A DNA stretch of 63,228 bases, counting the filler, from Dugesia japonica (taxonomy: Eukaryota), in the NCBI GenBank assembly GCA_001938525.1. It is 6 parts of 6 records of this genome, joined end to end, with 100 filler letters (N's around TTAATTAATTAA, not from the genome) between each part and the next. Parts side by side here need not be neighbours in the genome. Positions count along the whole stretch, not along the records: positions 11,233 to 19,856 come from MQRL01476269.1; positions 19,957 to 28,274 come from MQRL01635419.1; 4 more parts are not named here. One strand, written 5' to 3'. The position numbers and the translations under genes were made by a program. Under the pieces are notes generated by a model. The model did no database searches. It had not been told where the DNA came from and worked only from the letters and a program-made list of their open reading frames with translations. This document shows positions 13,316 through 26,896 of the stretch, piece by piece. Within the stretch, counting starts at the first letter, position 1; each line of letters opens with the position of its first letter.

Positions 13316-14725
13316 TATCAAAATTCAAATGTTTAAACCACTTAAAATATAACCATTTATTTAGGAATATTGTTATTGGAATTCTTATTATATCTTCTTT
13401 TCATTTATGGGCTTACTTATCAATTTTCTCTTAACTGTATGTTTTCGGGTGTTCTACCCTAACAGAAATATTTTAGAAAATTACTACTGTAGTGGAATAG
13501 TCAAAATAAAACTTTAAATGGAATAAAATTGATGATAAGGTGGGAATCCAGAATAAAATACGAAAAAATAATTAAGAATCATATGAAAAATAATAGCAGA
13601 ATTTGTAAATGAATTTTGAAATGAAAAAATAATAAAATTATTAAAGTTATGTTTAGAAAGAATGCTGCAATTATCTAATTAATAGTTAAGTAGTTTGAAA
13701 AATGAGAAATAATACAGATATGAATGTACAAACTGTTGGGATGCTTTGGGGATTGTTGCCAAAGCAAATAACCAATTGCAGGAGTTTAATAGTCTCTTTT
13801 AATATGTCCTTAAACAATCCGAATCAGATATATTATACTTGTATGTTTTCCTTATTCCACCTTAAGATCGTTAATATATATGAAAAATATGAATATAAAT
13901 ACACTATATAGTCAACTATTTAAATAATGACAAATTTACTTTTAAAAATTTTATTAACTCAAAGTTATACACTTAAGATTAAAAATATACGTTTGTATTT
14001 TGATCTCGGAAGTGTTGATTCGGTAAACCTTAACTTCACTTGAGATATAAAATTTTTAGGGTTATTAGCCACTGAAAACTAAAACTATGTATACAAAATT
14101 TTAGCTGCCACCCACGATAACAAAACACTGAATAATGTTAATTACAAATAAAATTTAATAGAAAAGATTTTTATAATTACTAAAATTAATAAAATTTTCT
14201 AGAAAAATTTCTTTTTTTTAGTAAATCTGTATGCAAGTTAAATAAAATCCGCACAATATGGATTGATAGAAAATGAAATTATATTAAATAAAATCATCAC
14301 AGTGTTATTAAAATGAAATGAAATATTGATTACTGAACTAAATTAACAATATACAGATAAAATCAAGAATTAGTCAATTGACAATATACATAAAAAACTA
14401 AAAATGGGATTACTAAAAATAAAAACGAAAATATTTTGCACATGATAAATAATAGAATAATGTTTTATAAATAAATTTCACATATAATAATGTTAAGCGA
14501 TAAAATGTCTATTTTATAGTGGAATATTTGATTCTTCATTGGGAGTTTCTGATTTTGGGTTGGATTGATTGGAAGTTTCTGGTTATGTATATAAATTTGT
14601 AGTTGCTGTTTGTTTGTGTATGCATATTTTGGATGTTTAGCTTTACTTGCAGGTGATGTGATGCTTTGCATATGATGGTTTTTATGCGATGTTTCTCAAC
14701 AAAACAGTAAAATTTTAAAGATGTA

Positions 14726-14938
14726 TGTAAGAATTAAAAACTGAAATTGCAATTTAAAGTTTGAAGAAGAAAATGCTCAAAAAATATTTCAAGAATTCTT
14801 TAAAAATATTGAAACAACTTTGTTTAAATATTCAGCCTTTAAAAATATAGTTTTTTAAGATTTGAAGATTTGAAAATTTCATAAATAAAATTTTATTGAA
14901 TTTAATGGACTTTTTCGGAAGTTTGTCTGTAACTAACA
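14726..14938 (+). repeat. 5' LTR
   Basis: TGTAAGAATT...TAACTAACA; direct repeat of 19226-19434. Confidence 0.95.
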
Positions 14939-17900
14939 TGGTGACTAACGCTTCAAAGGACCTCATTCGAGAAGCACTACACACTATAATTTACCGGCAT
15001 GGTGACTACATTGAACAGTTCATTAATGGTTGCACCAAATACTTTGAATGTATTGGTGTAAAGAAAAATTATAAAAACCTCTTGGTGGTTGGCATAATTG
15101 ATCGATAATTAAGAGAAGCATATGAATGCCAAGATGAATTATTAGATTTTGAGGACCGACTGGAGAAAGCGTTCGACAAAAAGAATATTATCATACAAGA
15201 CTTGGAGGAAGCTTTAAAATACAAGAGAACGGTGAACAAGTTTATGTGTACAAGAAAAAGATTTTAACACTGATCGGTAAAATCTTTGCACACAAACTAG
15301 ACAAAGAAGAGATGACTAGAGAATTCATATTCAATAGTTGACGCGATAAAAGGATACAAATAAAGATTAAATGAGGCAAATTAGCCAACTCGGAAGAAAA
15401 ATTTGAAACAATAAAAACAAATGATGAACTAAAAAAGGACCTGAAAGAAACACACAATTTAAATACGGTGAAGAGTTACAGCAATGCAGTAAAAGAAGCA
15501 TAATAAAAGAACGTTTCTCAGGAGTTAATTGAACTCAAAGTGAAGCTAAAAAGAAATTAAATTTTGGTCATGTCAGAAGATAGGTCATATCAGTAGAAAT
15601 TGTCCGGAAAAGAAAAGAATGTGTTACGCATGCGGATCAGAGAATCATATAAGAATAAAGATGTGGCAAAAATGGACATCATACAGAACAATGTTATACT
15701 AATTTGGAGAAAAAAGGTGTGTTGACTAATGATAGAAGACAGCAGAATAACGAACAAAGAAACGAAGCAGCACTATACAGCCGAAGAGAAGAAACAAACA
15801 GAAGATATGTCGATAATTACAGATTCACAAAACAAAGTGGGAGTACATCAGCCAATAATGGATTCAGGAAAAGAGATGGCAATATATATGAAAACGCAAT
15901 GGTAGAGTAAGATGAGTACATAAAGAGAGGAGATAATATTTGCTATTACGGCAAGGAGACAAAAAGTTATAGAGAAGATACCCCAAACAGACATGTTCCA
16001 TCCAAAGTCGAGATAATTGGAGCAATGAACTGAAAAACAATCTAGATTGCGATATATATGTATAGTAAAAGTAGTTTAATTAATAGTATAAAAGATGAAA
16101 CTAAAGAGGAAAGAGTAGACAGAAAAGTTTATGCGTTTTTAAAGAAAGATTACAGAGATATGTATAATACAGATATCAAGATAATGAAAGAAACGAGAAA
16201 TGATGATAACAGAATAATGGTATTAGAAGAGAATGAACAAGAACAAATAAATTATGACAGAATGCAAGGTAGACCCAGTGAAGAAGTTAGAATTGAAGGA
16301 AGATATATACACTGCCTTTTGGACACAGGTGCAAAGATAAGCGAGATGAGCCTAAATATATTTAGAAGCCTGACAGATGTGGAGCTTATAAGAACTGATG
16401 ACGTGTTAAAATGTGCAAATAATAGCAGAATGAACATTTCGGGCAAGCTATATGTAGAAGTGGATATCGAAAACAGTAAGAAAACTGTGCAATTCATTGT
16501 AGTAAAAGAAATGAGTCCGAATCTTGTTGGAGAAATAGAGATGCAACGCCAGTTTAGATACCGTTTAAAGAACGAAACAAATGATTATGAGGATGAATAG
16601 TGGATCTGTAACATAGACGCAAAATTTGGTCGGATAATTGAGGATGTTTAAAGAGAACAGAGAGCTTCAAGAATTTTGATGACAAAACAAGACGATAAAC
16701 TGGAAAAGGTAATAGAACAACATCGAGAAGTATTCATGGCAGATAACTGGAATGTCGAATGTACAATGGTGTCAGAACACAAGGCAGTGTCAAAGGGTTA
16801 TCCAATAAATACGAAGATTTGGAGACAATCCATAAATCCAGAAGAAAAACTAGATACGCCCATAAAAATTTAGCAGACGCTTATATTATAAGAAAATGTA
16901 ATTCGTAATGGAATACATCACTGATATGCGTCTGGAAGAAAGAAAGAAAGGATGTGAGAATTTGCTTGGACTTGAGGAAACTGAACGCAGTTAAGGAACG
17001 ACAGGTTTTCCCAATAACAAACGTGGCAGAAATGTAATATAATTTGTATGGGGTTAAATATTTCAGTACGATAGACTTAGGAAACGCTTATTACCAGGTA
17101 CCGTTAGACAAAGATTCACAAGAAAAAACAGTTTTTTCGACAAAAAATGGTCAACATTGCTTCACAAGAATGCCATTCGGTATAACAGCAACCCCATGAA
17201 CATTTTAAGAACTAATGACAAAAGTATTGGACGGTCTAGATGGAGCAATCGTGTATATGGATATCACAATGGCATTCTCAGAAAGACTAAAATAGCATTA
17301 TATAACTCTAAGTCAGGTATTAGAGCAGATCTAAAAGGCAGGGCTTTGAGTAAATCCAGAAAATGTCACCTATTACGCAAAGAAGTAAANTTTCTTGTCC
17401 ACATAATAGATAAAGAAGGAATTCGAACAGATCCAATAAAAATTGAAGCAATCAAGAATTTTGAGAAACCCATATGTGCAAAGAGCCTGAGAAGCTTCCT
17501 CGGAATATGCAATTATTACAAGAGATTCATCAAGAATTATTTAAAGAAACCAACTGCCCTAGAAGAATTATAAGGAAGCAACAGCATGAAGCTAATATGG
17601 TCAGATGGATGTGAGAAAGCTTTCACAGAAATGAAACAAGCACTGATAGAAGCACCTCTTCTAGGATTCCCGGATATAAATAAAACATTTATTTTAGATA
17701 CTGACGCCAGCTTCGGCGCAATAGGTGCGGTCCTAACACAAAATGATGAAGATGGAAGAGTAAGAGTTATTGCTTACGGCTCACATGTAATGACATCGCA
17801 TAAGAAGGGCTACTGTATCATACGGAAGAAATTACTAGCAATCTACTACTTCTGCAACCACTTTAAGCATTATTTATATGAAAAAGAATTCATCACCAGA

Positions 17901-19225
17901 ACAGATCACAAAGCCATCGTATTCATGAAAAAAACGAGCTAACCGATAACACCTAAGTTCCAGACATGGATGTATTACATTAGCATCTTAGACATGGAAC
18001 TAATATATTGATAAGGTGAGAAACACACAAACGAAGATATGCTCTCAAGAATGAAATGTGGAAGATGCACTCAATGTCAAATGCAAGATGAAGAGCCAAA
18101 GATTGGGAAGATGAAAACAAGACAGATAAATCAGATGGTAAAGATAGAGAGATGTAAATGGCAGGAGGGAATAAAGGAAATCAATCTAATCAAACGAGAT
18201 ATTCAAGAAGGAAAGAATTCAAAGTATAGAGTCGAAANTAATATAGTGAAAACAAGTGATGGGAAAATTTGGATTCCAAAAGAGAAAAGAATACCAATAA
18301 TCAAATAGATACATGCATTGTTAATACATGCAGGGACATAGAAAATGATCAGCCATATAATCAGCAACTACGACACGGAAGAACTGGAGAAGACAATCAC
18401 AGAAGTGATAAGACAGTGTGAAGCGTGCCAAAAGAAGAAAGTTAATACGGTGGCAACAAAAAGAGACGACAGTAAAATTAAGCGCAAATTGTCCATTTGA
18501 AAAGATATATTTTTATGGTCATTTGTAGGCCCTTTCTAGATACTGTGAACAGACGAAGATATATATGTGGAATAATAGACCAATACAGTCGATATGTAAG
18601 CCTAACGGCAATCAGCGTGCAAGATGATTAGACAATTAAAAAAGTGATAATGGAAAAATGGATCCTGAGATTTTGAGCACCAAGAGAAGTTCACGTGGAC
18701 AGTGGTAAAGCATTTAAATCGAAAAATCCAAGAATCTGATGGAATCGATGAATATAAAAGTACATTTTTCAAGTCCGTACCATTACAATACAAACGAAAT
18801 TATAAAGAGGCAGTTCTGCACAATTAGAGACTGTATTAACGCAGCCGCAGAGGAAGATGGAAGAAAGGATTGGAGTAACAGGATACCGGAGATAAAGTAT
18901 ATGATGAATGGAACAAGGCAAAAGACATTGGGGATATCACCAGCAGAATTAATATTTGATAGGAAAATTCATGGAGAACAATGATTCGACAGCCAAAGAG
19001 ATGACAAAGAGTAGATGGGTGAAACACCTACAAAAAGACAATTCTAAGTAGGAGACGAAGTATTGATAAAACTAGAAACTAGGACAAAAGACAATGAAAG
19101 ATATGCTGGCTCATATAAGATCACGGAGAAAGTCCATGAGAGAAGATATCGTATATGAAATGCAAATGAAAAAGTGCTACAAAAGAGCTTAGAAAAGCTT
19201 AAAAGATTATTTTAATCGAGGGGGA

Positions 19226-19434
19226 TGTAAGGATTAAAAATTGAAATTTTAATTTAAACTTCGAAGCAGAAAATGCTGTAAAAGATTTCAAGAATTTTTT
19301 AAAAATATTTAAACCACTTTTTTTAAATATTCAGCCTTTCAAAAATAGTTTTTTAAGATGTGAAGACTTGAAATTTCATAAATAAATTTTGTTGACTTTA
19401 ATAGACTTTTCAGAAAGTTTATCAGTAACTAACA
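19226..19434 (+). repeat. 3' LTR
   Basis: TGTAAGGATT...TAACTAACA, after the PPT and followed by TSD ATGTA. Confidence 0.95.
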
Positions 19435-21849
19435 ATGTATATAATTAATATTAAATGAAATATAATTGAAAACGTCGAAGCAGTATTCAAAGAAATTTAT
19501 AATATTAATTAAATTAGATCAATAATTAAAAGATATTAAAAAAATAATATTAAATAAAAATAAAATAAAAGTTATCTCAAGGAACTACAAGCGTGGGGCA
19601 ACCAAAATGAATAATCAAAATGAATAGCTGTTTATACTCTTTGAAAATCAACTGATCCTTAATCAGGTTATTCACATTGTCTCTTCATTATTAACTTTCA
19701 AAAATGAACATGATGAAAAATGGGAACAATCAATTAGTTTAATTAGGAAAAATCCTTTTTAGTTTAAAAATAAGGAACAATCAATAATATTCAACTGACA
19801 AATGTAATTAGGAAAACCCTTTGTAGTTTACATGGTCAATCGTGCTAGTAATTGAANNNNNNNNNNNNNNNNNNNNNNNNNNNNNNNNNNNNNNNNNNNN
19901 TTAATTAATTAANNNNNNNNNNNNNNNNNNNNNNNNNNNNNNNNNNNNNNNNNNNNTGAGGGATTTTCACAGATGTCTGATTAGATAGCGAATAGTCAAG
20001 CAGTTGACAGTTTTAAATAGAACGTGCGTAGATTAAATATTGATTATGTTAAATAGATATACCACATTTAAAATTAACGTATTATATAGATTAGTAAATA
20101 TGAAAATGTACATATAATGTTAAAAGTTTTGAGATTAACATCATAAATAAAACCAAATACTTAATTTATTCAACTGATATTTTAACTTGAAACTCTGATC
20201 TTAATTATAATTCGATTGGTACTTAATAAATAATTCCTAGGTACTTTATTGCATATGAATTATTTTGTATGCTTGTAAAAGAAAATGTCCAAGAAAGACA
20301 CGCCGCCAAATTCTTTATATGAAAAATAATTTTCAAATTTTAATAGATGTTTAAGAAGTAATTAATGAAATCTTAACATGAGAAAAATTTAATCGAAAAA
20401 TATGCAGAATTCAGAAAAAGGTTTTCTTTAAATGAAAGATGGGACTGTAACAAAAGAAAACAAGAAATAAATTTTAATCGAGTAAAATTTTTTAAATAAA
20501 TGGTTAAAAGCACTAGGAAATAGTAGAAAACAGATTTATAAATAATATTCTTAGCTTGATAAATTTTGAACTGAACAGCCTGAAAATGTTTTGACCGTTA
20601 AAATTGGTTCTTTAAAAAGATATTTTAATTAATTTAAAAATTTATCCTTGTTAAAAATATTTACCCCTTTAAATAGAATATAACCTTTACTAATCCTTTT
20701 CACTATAAAAAAACAATTAAATTCGATAAATTTAAAATGATATGTTGCTTAAGTTGTAGTTTTCATTTTCAGCTATAATAATGACAAAAGAAGCGTGCCA
20801 TTACTTGGACCGTCAATAAAGAGGATTTTTCACGGATAGGCGAAAAGTTCATTTGTTGCTTGACATGTAATAAAAAATCTTTAATTCAATTTTCAGTAAA
20901 TTAAAAATTTAATTCTATTTTTCCGATATATAATAAAAAAGTCTTATTATAAGTTTATATTTCATGTAATTGTTTTATAATTAAAATTGATGAATAATAT
21001 TGATACTTTTATAATTTAATAAATTATTTTATAGATAAATTCATCTTAAATATATTGTCATTTTAGCAAGAACATAGTTCTGATGGTAACGAGCAGTTTA
21101 TAATAACTGGATAATAAAATTAATTTTAAATAATTTAATGAATACGGCGGACTGGTTTTTTCATGGATTAAATTCATAAATCCAACCACATAATTTTAAA
21201 ATTCAGTTTTTAAATAAAAAAAAGCATCTGATGTTAATGCAATCATGAATTCATAGATCTGAATAAGTGATTTTAAACAATACTGACTCTTAGTAAAATC
21301 GTAGATTACAATCAAATTGCGTAACAGCTGTTGGATACATTTGCTATTTTAAAAATAAAATTTAAAAAGTTTTAACTAAATGGAAAACATGATTATTGAT
21401 GAGCATCCAAAATTGCTTAAAATCGTAATTTCACTCAATTGATAACATAAGTATCTCTGGATTTTGGAATAGAACTTTAATTTTTGCTATAGCCTGTGCT
21501 CGTGTTTTAATTGACCATTTATTTATTTAGATGAAAAATTCAAATCTTCATCAGGATGATCCACGCAGTTGAATTTTGAGCCAATATCAATCACAAATCA
21601 AAGGATTATAAAAAAAAATTATTAAAATGGGACACCATTTTTTATTGCAATTCATATTGTTACACCTTATTGAAATACTTAAATTGAAAAAACAGGAATT
21701 CTATTTTAAATTTTATATTAGCTAAAAGTAAATAACATTTTGTAAATGAAAAAGCAAGAAAAATGAAATCATAGAAAGGAGAGAAATAATTGTTTAGACT
21801 TTAATTGTTAAAAAGTGATTGTTAACATAGAAATTTTTTTTTGATTGGA

Positions 21850-22325
21850 TAGTAGCGCATTGGAACAACCCGCACAAAGTGTTTTGAAAATTTGAGCATT
21901 TTGATTGGTCGTTATGATTGCGTAATCAAATCGAAATTAAGGAATAAACTTACTGATTTAGATTTTACTTCCAATAATAATTCCAAATTTCAAATAATCA
22001 AATACGCTATTGGAGAAATAATGGCTTCTGAAAAAAAAGTTAATTTAAGCTATTATTATTACCATGTAAAAACCTTTTATCCGAGTTGTTTGATGTTGGA
22101 AAATACATATTAGTATTAGATTTTCNTTTTTATTCAAATTTTTTCTTCAAATTAATTAAAATATCTACAAAAAATAATAAATATACAGAAAAATATTAAC
22201 CAGGGTCTTACTAAATTGCTTTGTTACTTTATTTAAATGTTTTAACCGTAGTAGCGCATTGGAACAACCCCCAGGAAATGTTTTGAAAATTTGAGCATTT
22301 TAATTGGTCGTTACGATTGCGTAAA
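21850..22325 (+). repeat. Two direct copies (~21850-21925 and ~22249-22325) of a ~75-bp repeat beginning TAGTAGCGCATTGGAACAACCC
   Basis: Near-identical blocks ...GTTTTGAAAATTTGAGCATTTT(G/A)ATTGGTCGTTA(T/C)GATTGCGTAA. Confidence 0.85.
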
Positions 22326-22719
22326 CAATTTTTCTAATTTAATTTGTCGAATTTTAGCTCGGAAAGGTCGAAATTTCGAATTTTTGTTTTGAATTGTTTC
22401 GGTCAAATTTTATGGTATTATTTCAAATTTGTTGTCGTTGAACTCCGAATTAAAAACTGTAAAGGAATATAATATCACTTTTCGAAAAATTGTTCGTTCT
22501 CGCTGGAAAGGACTTGAGAGCATTAGANNNNNNNNNNNNNNNNNNNNNNNNNNNNNNNNNNNNNNNNNNNNNNNNNNNNNNNNNNNNNACGATTTGCTCC
22601 TTATAAAATCAAACTGTCTTTACTAATTGCATATGATACAATTTCCTTGGTTCTTACTGGAACAACTACATTCTGCTTATCAAGTCCTATTTGATGTCCT
22701 GTTGGTACCAATTATTCAA

Positions 22720-22880
22720 CTCAAACACGTCTATCAATTTTGCATCTAGTAATCTATATTTAGGTTCACCATTTTCAGATTCCAAAAATATTTTTGGGTT
22801 TGCTTTTTTCAATCGAATGTGTGCATTGACAACAGGAATAAGTTNCTTTGTTTTAATAATGAAATCCAGCTGCAACTATC
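22720..22880 (-). pseudogene. Possible fragment of a Polinton/Maverick major capsid (PY, F54H12.2-like) gene
   Basis: LQLDFIIKTK-LIPVVNAHIRLKKANPKIFLESENGEPKYRLLDAKL fits the remembered pattern LxxDxxxxxKxLxxxVxxxIxLxxxxxxFxLxSxxxxxxxxILDAxL. Short, and recognised from memory only. Confidence 0.35.
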
Positions 22881-24189
22881 AACAGAAAGATAATGCATTT
22901 GATGATTTAATAAACAATTTTATATTTTCTTTTTTTCTTTTTTCCCAACAAATCTATAAAATCTTTGAATTCATTCATTACATTGTTTTGAAGGATGGTA
23001 AATTTTTCTTAATTATTTTTTACGTCCAGTGCTATTTTCATTACAATTGCTCGAATACGTCTAAGAATACATACCTCTAATATATACTGAATATTTTTGT
23101 AATGGAACTACTAAATTGATCCCAATTCGATACGAAATATTTGTTTTGAAAGATTTTGAATTTATTAGTTTCTATTGAAAAAACTTATTTAATTTTCATA
23201 ATATCGATCAAATCATCGTTTTTAAAGTCTTGATATTAACTAATGGAATATGTATCTATTTTATGCTTCAAAATATTAAATCAAAATCTTTTGGTATCTT
23301 TTAAATTTTCAAATATTATAAAATAATCATGATGTTTTAAAGTGATTAACAAGCTCTTATATCAATTAATTCAAAATCAACATCATGAACCATCAATATT
23401 TTATTCTTCATTATTGATAATAATTTTTACATTCATTTTATATTCTTCACCGGGGATACTTATGCAAGAACTATCATTACTATAGAAATTAACTATTAGT
23501 CTAGGTCCCAGTTATATTTACCAAGGAGTGTGCTTATAATTATTGGGAGTACGGTAACTACAAGACGCAGCGCGGTCGACGAATTATCATAAGCCATACA
23601 TATAATCAAAGTGGGTATAATAAATGAAAGAACTAGAACGAAAGAAATGGATGTATATATACGTTAAAAGAGGCAAGTTATTGACTGAATTCTGTTTTCA
23701 GGTAGAAGTGAGGGGAGCGGTAAGAATAACATTAATAGCGCAAATAATGACAACTACGAGAAATAATAATAATAACAAAGGAATAGTTAAAGTTGAGGAT
23801 TAACAATAATAAGCTTACACAATACGTGGTAGTGATAATAATTAATAGCGATATATAACTAAAGTGAACAGAGTTATTAATGACGTTGATAATAAGGGTA
23901 ACGTATGAGTATGACTTAATGCCAACACTGATCCATGATTATAAAAATGAAAATCATCATTGTGATGNAGTATGAACCAAAGGCTTGATTTTTACCCGAC
24001 TCACAAAATTATAACTATGGACGATGAGGTAAGGTTGCTAGTATTATTAGCCAGAAATAGTTGTACGATTAAAATTTCAAAAACGCTGTCACCATTGTCA
24101 ATGAATAATAAAGCAATAAGGGTTAAGTGTGCTTCATAAATTAAAACGAGTATTATTGAATTGAAAACCAGAACCAAAGTAATATGAGC

Positions 24190-24355
24190 ATACACTCGAA
24201 CTACAGGTTACAAATCACCGGCTCCAATCGGAAAATCTAAAAATGGAACACTAGATTCTTCGCGGAGTTTATATAAGCTATGTCACCCTAGATATAAATT
24301 AAAATTGAGCTACCTCGATGGAATCCCAACAAATACAAAAAATGGATTGGGACAC
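24190..24355 (-). repeat. Dispersed repeat/LTR-like end (paralogue at ~38670-38825)
   Basis: Collinear blocks AACTAC(A/G)GGTT, CACTAGATT, AAAATTGAGCT(A/G)CCT and GGAA(T/C)CCCAACAAAT shared with 38670-38825. Reads TGTTGGG on the minus strand. Confidence 0.65.
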
Positions 24356-25310
24356 CACATCTAGTTGTTCGCACGCTAGACACTATAGTAAAATGATTAA
24401 GCTTGGATTGACCCGAGTAATTTATTTTCTTTTTCTAAATTTGTACTTTTATTTATTTCTGGTTTACATCTTTTTTGTGGATTAGTTATGATTTCAGCTA
24501 TTATCTTTTCAGCTACCTTTTTGCGTAATTTTTTATGGCTTGCGTTTTTCCAGTTTCTGATTTCTTCATTGCAGTTTGGTCGTTTTAATTTACCTTTTTT
24601 CTTCGAATTTATTAAGTATTTTTGATAATTTATTCTTGACTTTCTTAAATTCATTCAATTATTCACTTCATTAATTTCTTCGATTTTAAGTTTTAAACTT
24701 GTTGAACCAAGTTTAAGATTTACACAATAAGCTAATATTTAGTTTAAACTAACTGTTATCTGTCATGCGTCACTGACTAAAAATTCTTTGAGCAAAATTC
24801 AAAGAAATTAACCATCATCATCTAAAAACAGGTTGTGCGATTGATTATGATGTATCCTGTTACCACATGGTAACTTTTCTCTTTACGAAAGTAATTTGTT
24901 TAAATGGTTTTTGCTGAGCCATTTAAAATCAATTGACTTTTCTGACTGTTAATATAGGTAGAATAATTTAAAAGATTTATAATTATACGAATTGCAGACA
25001 ATACTTAAATAACATCAACACTAAATCATAATTAACTTAAAACACAAATAGTTCGTAAGCATATTATATATTAAAAGTTTTATACAATTGATTAACTCAT
25101 TATGTCATAACAGTGAATTACATCATTTAAATTAATAAAGTAATAACATTTTTGTTAAAAAATCAAATTTAGTATGAAAGTAAATTTTAGTTTATATATT
25201 CTTTTAATTATAAACCTTTGTTTTAAAGTATAAAATAATAATCTCTGTAAAAGTCGATATTTCTATTTAATTTATTTTTCTTAATAATTATTGAAAGTTT
25301 CTTGTAATCT

Positions 25311-26255
25311 ATGGTGTGTTCTACTGAAGTTTACCAATGGTTTAAAGAATTGTCTCCTTTTAATCGAATTGATTTTTTATGTAGTATTATGCAACTTTGT
25401 TTACCTAACGAATTGCGATTTATTGGAACACTTTTGGATGATATGAATAATAAGGATTATGCGAATCTACGTGAAGCAGAAGATCGATCAAATAGTCCTA
25501 ACGAATTTAGACAATATCCTACAATGCCTCTCAATGAAGAAGGTGTTCGTAGATTATGCCTTAGTCTTTCATTATTAAAATCAACTAATCAAAAAGTTGG
25601 ACAAATTATTTATGAGATTTTAAAAATCCATTTTACTTATGCAAATGAATGTGTAAAATTGAAAGACAAATTTAGTAATGAGGTATTATTACTTTATGCT
25701 TTAGCAAGCTATCATCCGGCATTTACGTTTGAAAATCGATTTAAAATTGGTGAACAATTTAAAATTTTGCAATCAATTTACGAAGATTCTACTGAAGAAT
25801 TTTCTAACAATAATAATTCGTGTTGTTATAAAGATATCAACAAAAATAGTTTTTTAAATATTAACATAAAAAGTGTTATACTTGAACATCTTGATGCTAA
25901 TATAATATTAGAAATATCATCTGATAACCCCCAGAATTCTAATATAGAAAAAGTGACGACATTTTCTAAAATAATCGAATTATTTAAAGAAATTAAATAT
26001 TTTCATTCTGATTTATTTTCTACTTTGCACTTGGAAATTAGTGATATAACTAAAAATGGAAATTTTAACACTAATAACATTCGATGTATTTGTCAAAAAA
26101 TCATTAAGTTTTTAAACTCAAATAGTGATGAGGATAATCAATTTATCAAAAAATTTTTCCTGCAGTTGCCAGTTTATCATAAAAAAACCAATTCTAATAG
26201 TTCGCAAGTTGAAAGTATGTTATTTAATCGAATTAATATGTTGCACTATTTTTGA
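25311..26255 (+). CDS. ZCCHC14: ZCCHC14/ZCCHC2-like (GLS-1 family) protein, N-terminal exon; probable donor at 26215
   Basis: EVYQWFKELSPFNRIDFLCSIMQLCLPNELRFIGTLLDD...KDYANLREAE and LASYHPAFTFE match the conserved N-terminal region of ZCCHC14/ZCCHC2. AA|GTATGT donor just before the stop. Downstream exons not identified. Confidence 0.8.
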   Translation: MVCSTEVYQWFKELSPFNRIDFLCSIMQLCLPNELRFIGTLLDDMNNKDYANLREAEDRSNSPNEFRQYPTMPLNEEGVRRLCLSLSLLKSTNQKVGQIIYEILKIHFTYANECVKLKDKFSNEVLLLYALASYHPAFTFENRFKIGEQFKILQSIYEDSTEEFSNNNNSCCYKDINKNSFLNINIKSVILEHLDANIILEISSDNPQNSNIEKVTTFSKIIELFKEIKYFHSDLFSTLHLEISDITKNGNFNTNNIRCICQKIIKFLNSNSDEDNQFIKKFFLQLPVYHKKTNSNSSQVESMLFNRINMLHYF

Positions 26256-26652
26256 AAAACTTATATAATAAATTTAACTTATATGTATCAAATACTAAAA
26301 TTAAGTTATAGGCATTGCAAAAATTACAGCACGAAAATAATTAAAATGAGATAACTTTAAGTTTATAAATTAATAAAAACTCGGGACATTTGTTGACATT
26401 CGTATCGCAGAAACCTTTAAAGTACTGTTTAATAGCATGGTTATGTAAAATCTTTCATAAACAATAATAACAATTGATGAAAGTAAACGACAAAACAAGC
26501 CTGGCTGACACTAAAGAGAAATTTTCATTATCAAATTAAAATTTTGTCTTGATACTTTTATTTTAACTCAGTAAAGCTGTTAGAAAAACTTGATTGTGTG
26601 GAAATTCTATGTAAATGTATTAGTTCACAACACAATGCATATTTTTATAGGT

Positions 26653-26896
26653 TAGAGTTGCACAACCTTTTTAGGCCAAGGGCCAAATTGAGCATTAGTA
26701 GTTTCTTGTCACCCATCTCTGTATTATTTATAGGTATTTGCTTATTTGGAATTAGCCATATGGATGAGTATCTAAAGCAGTAATACATGATTTCTATATC
26801 GAACAGTTTTTTGAGGTGTTACAATTTTCCCGAGGGCTGGTAAAAACACTTTGGCATGCCAAATCCGGCTTGCAGGCCGCGGGTTGTGCACCCCTG
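26653..26896. mobile_element. hAT (Buster/Charlie-type) MITE
   Basis: Imperfect TIRs TAGAGTTGCACAACC / GGTTGTGCACCCCTG. Flanked by 8-bp TA-centred near-duplications TTATAGGT / ATATAGGC. Confidence 0.75.

Larger units (their letters stand above)
14726..19434 (+). mobile_element. Full-length but decayed Ty3/Gypsy LTR retrotransposon
   Basis: LTRs 14726-14938 and 19226-19434 (TG...CA). 5-bp TSD ATGTA at 14721-14725 and 19435-19439. PBS-like TGGTGACTAACG at 14939. PPT at 19218-19225. Gag with two CCHC-knuckle remnants (~15560-15670), protease LLDTGA, RT, RNase H DTDAS and integrase, all broken by stops and frameshifts. Confidence 0.96.

Noticed and set aside
21520-21556. Minus-strand CCTGATGAAGAT...ATCTAAA, a possible decayed hammerhead
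   Set aside because: GAAA is replaced by TAAA and stems I and III are unconvincing; insufficient support.
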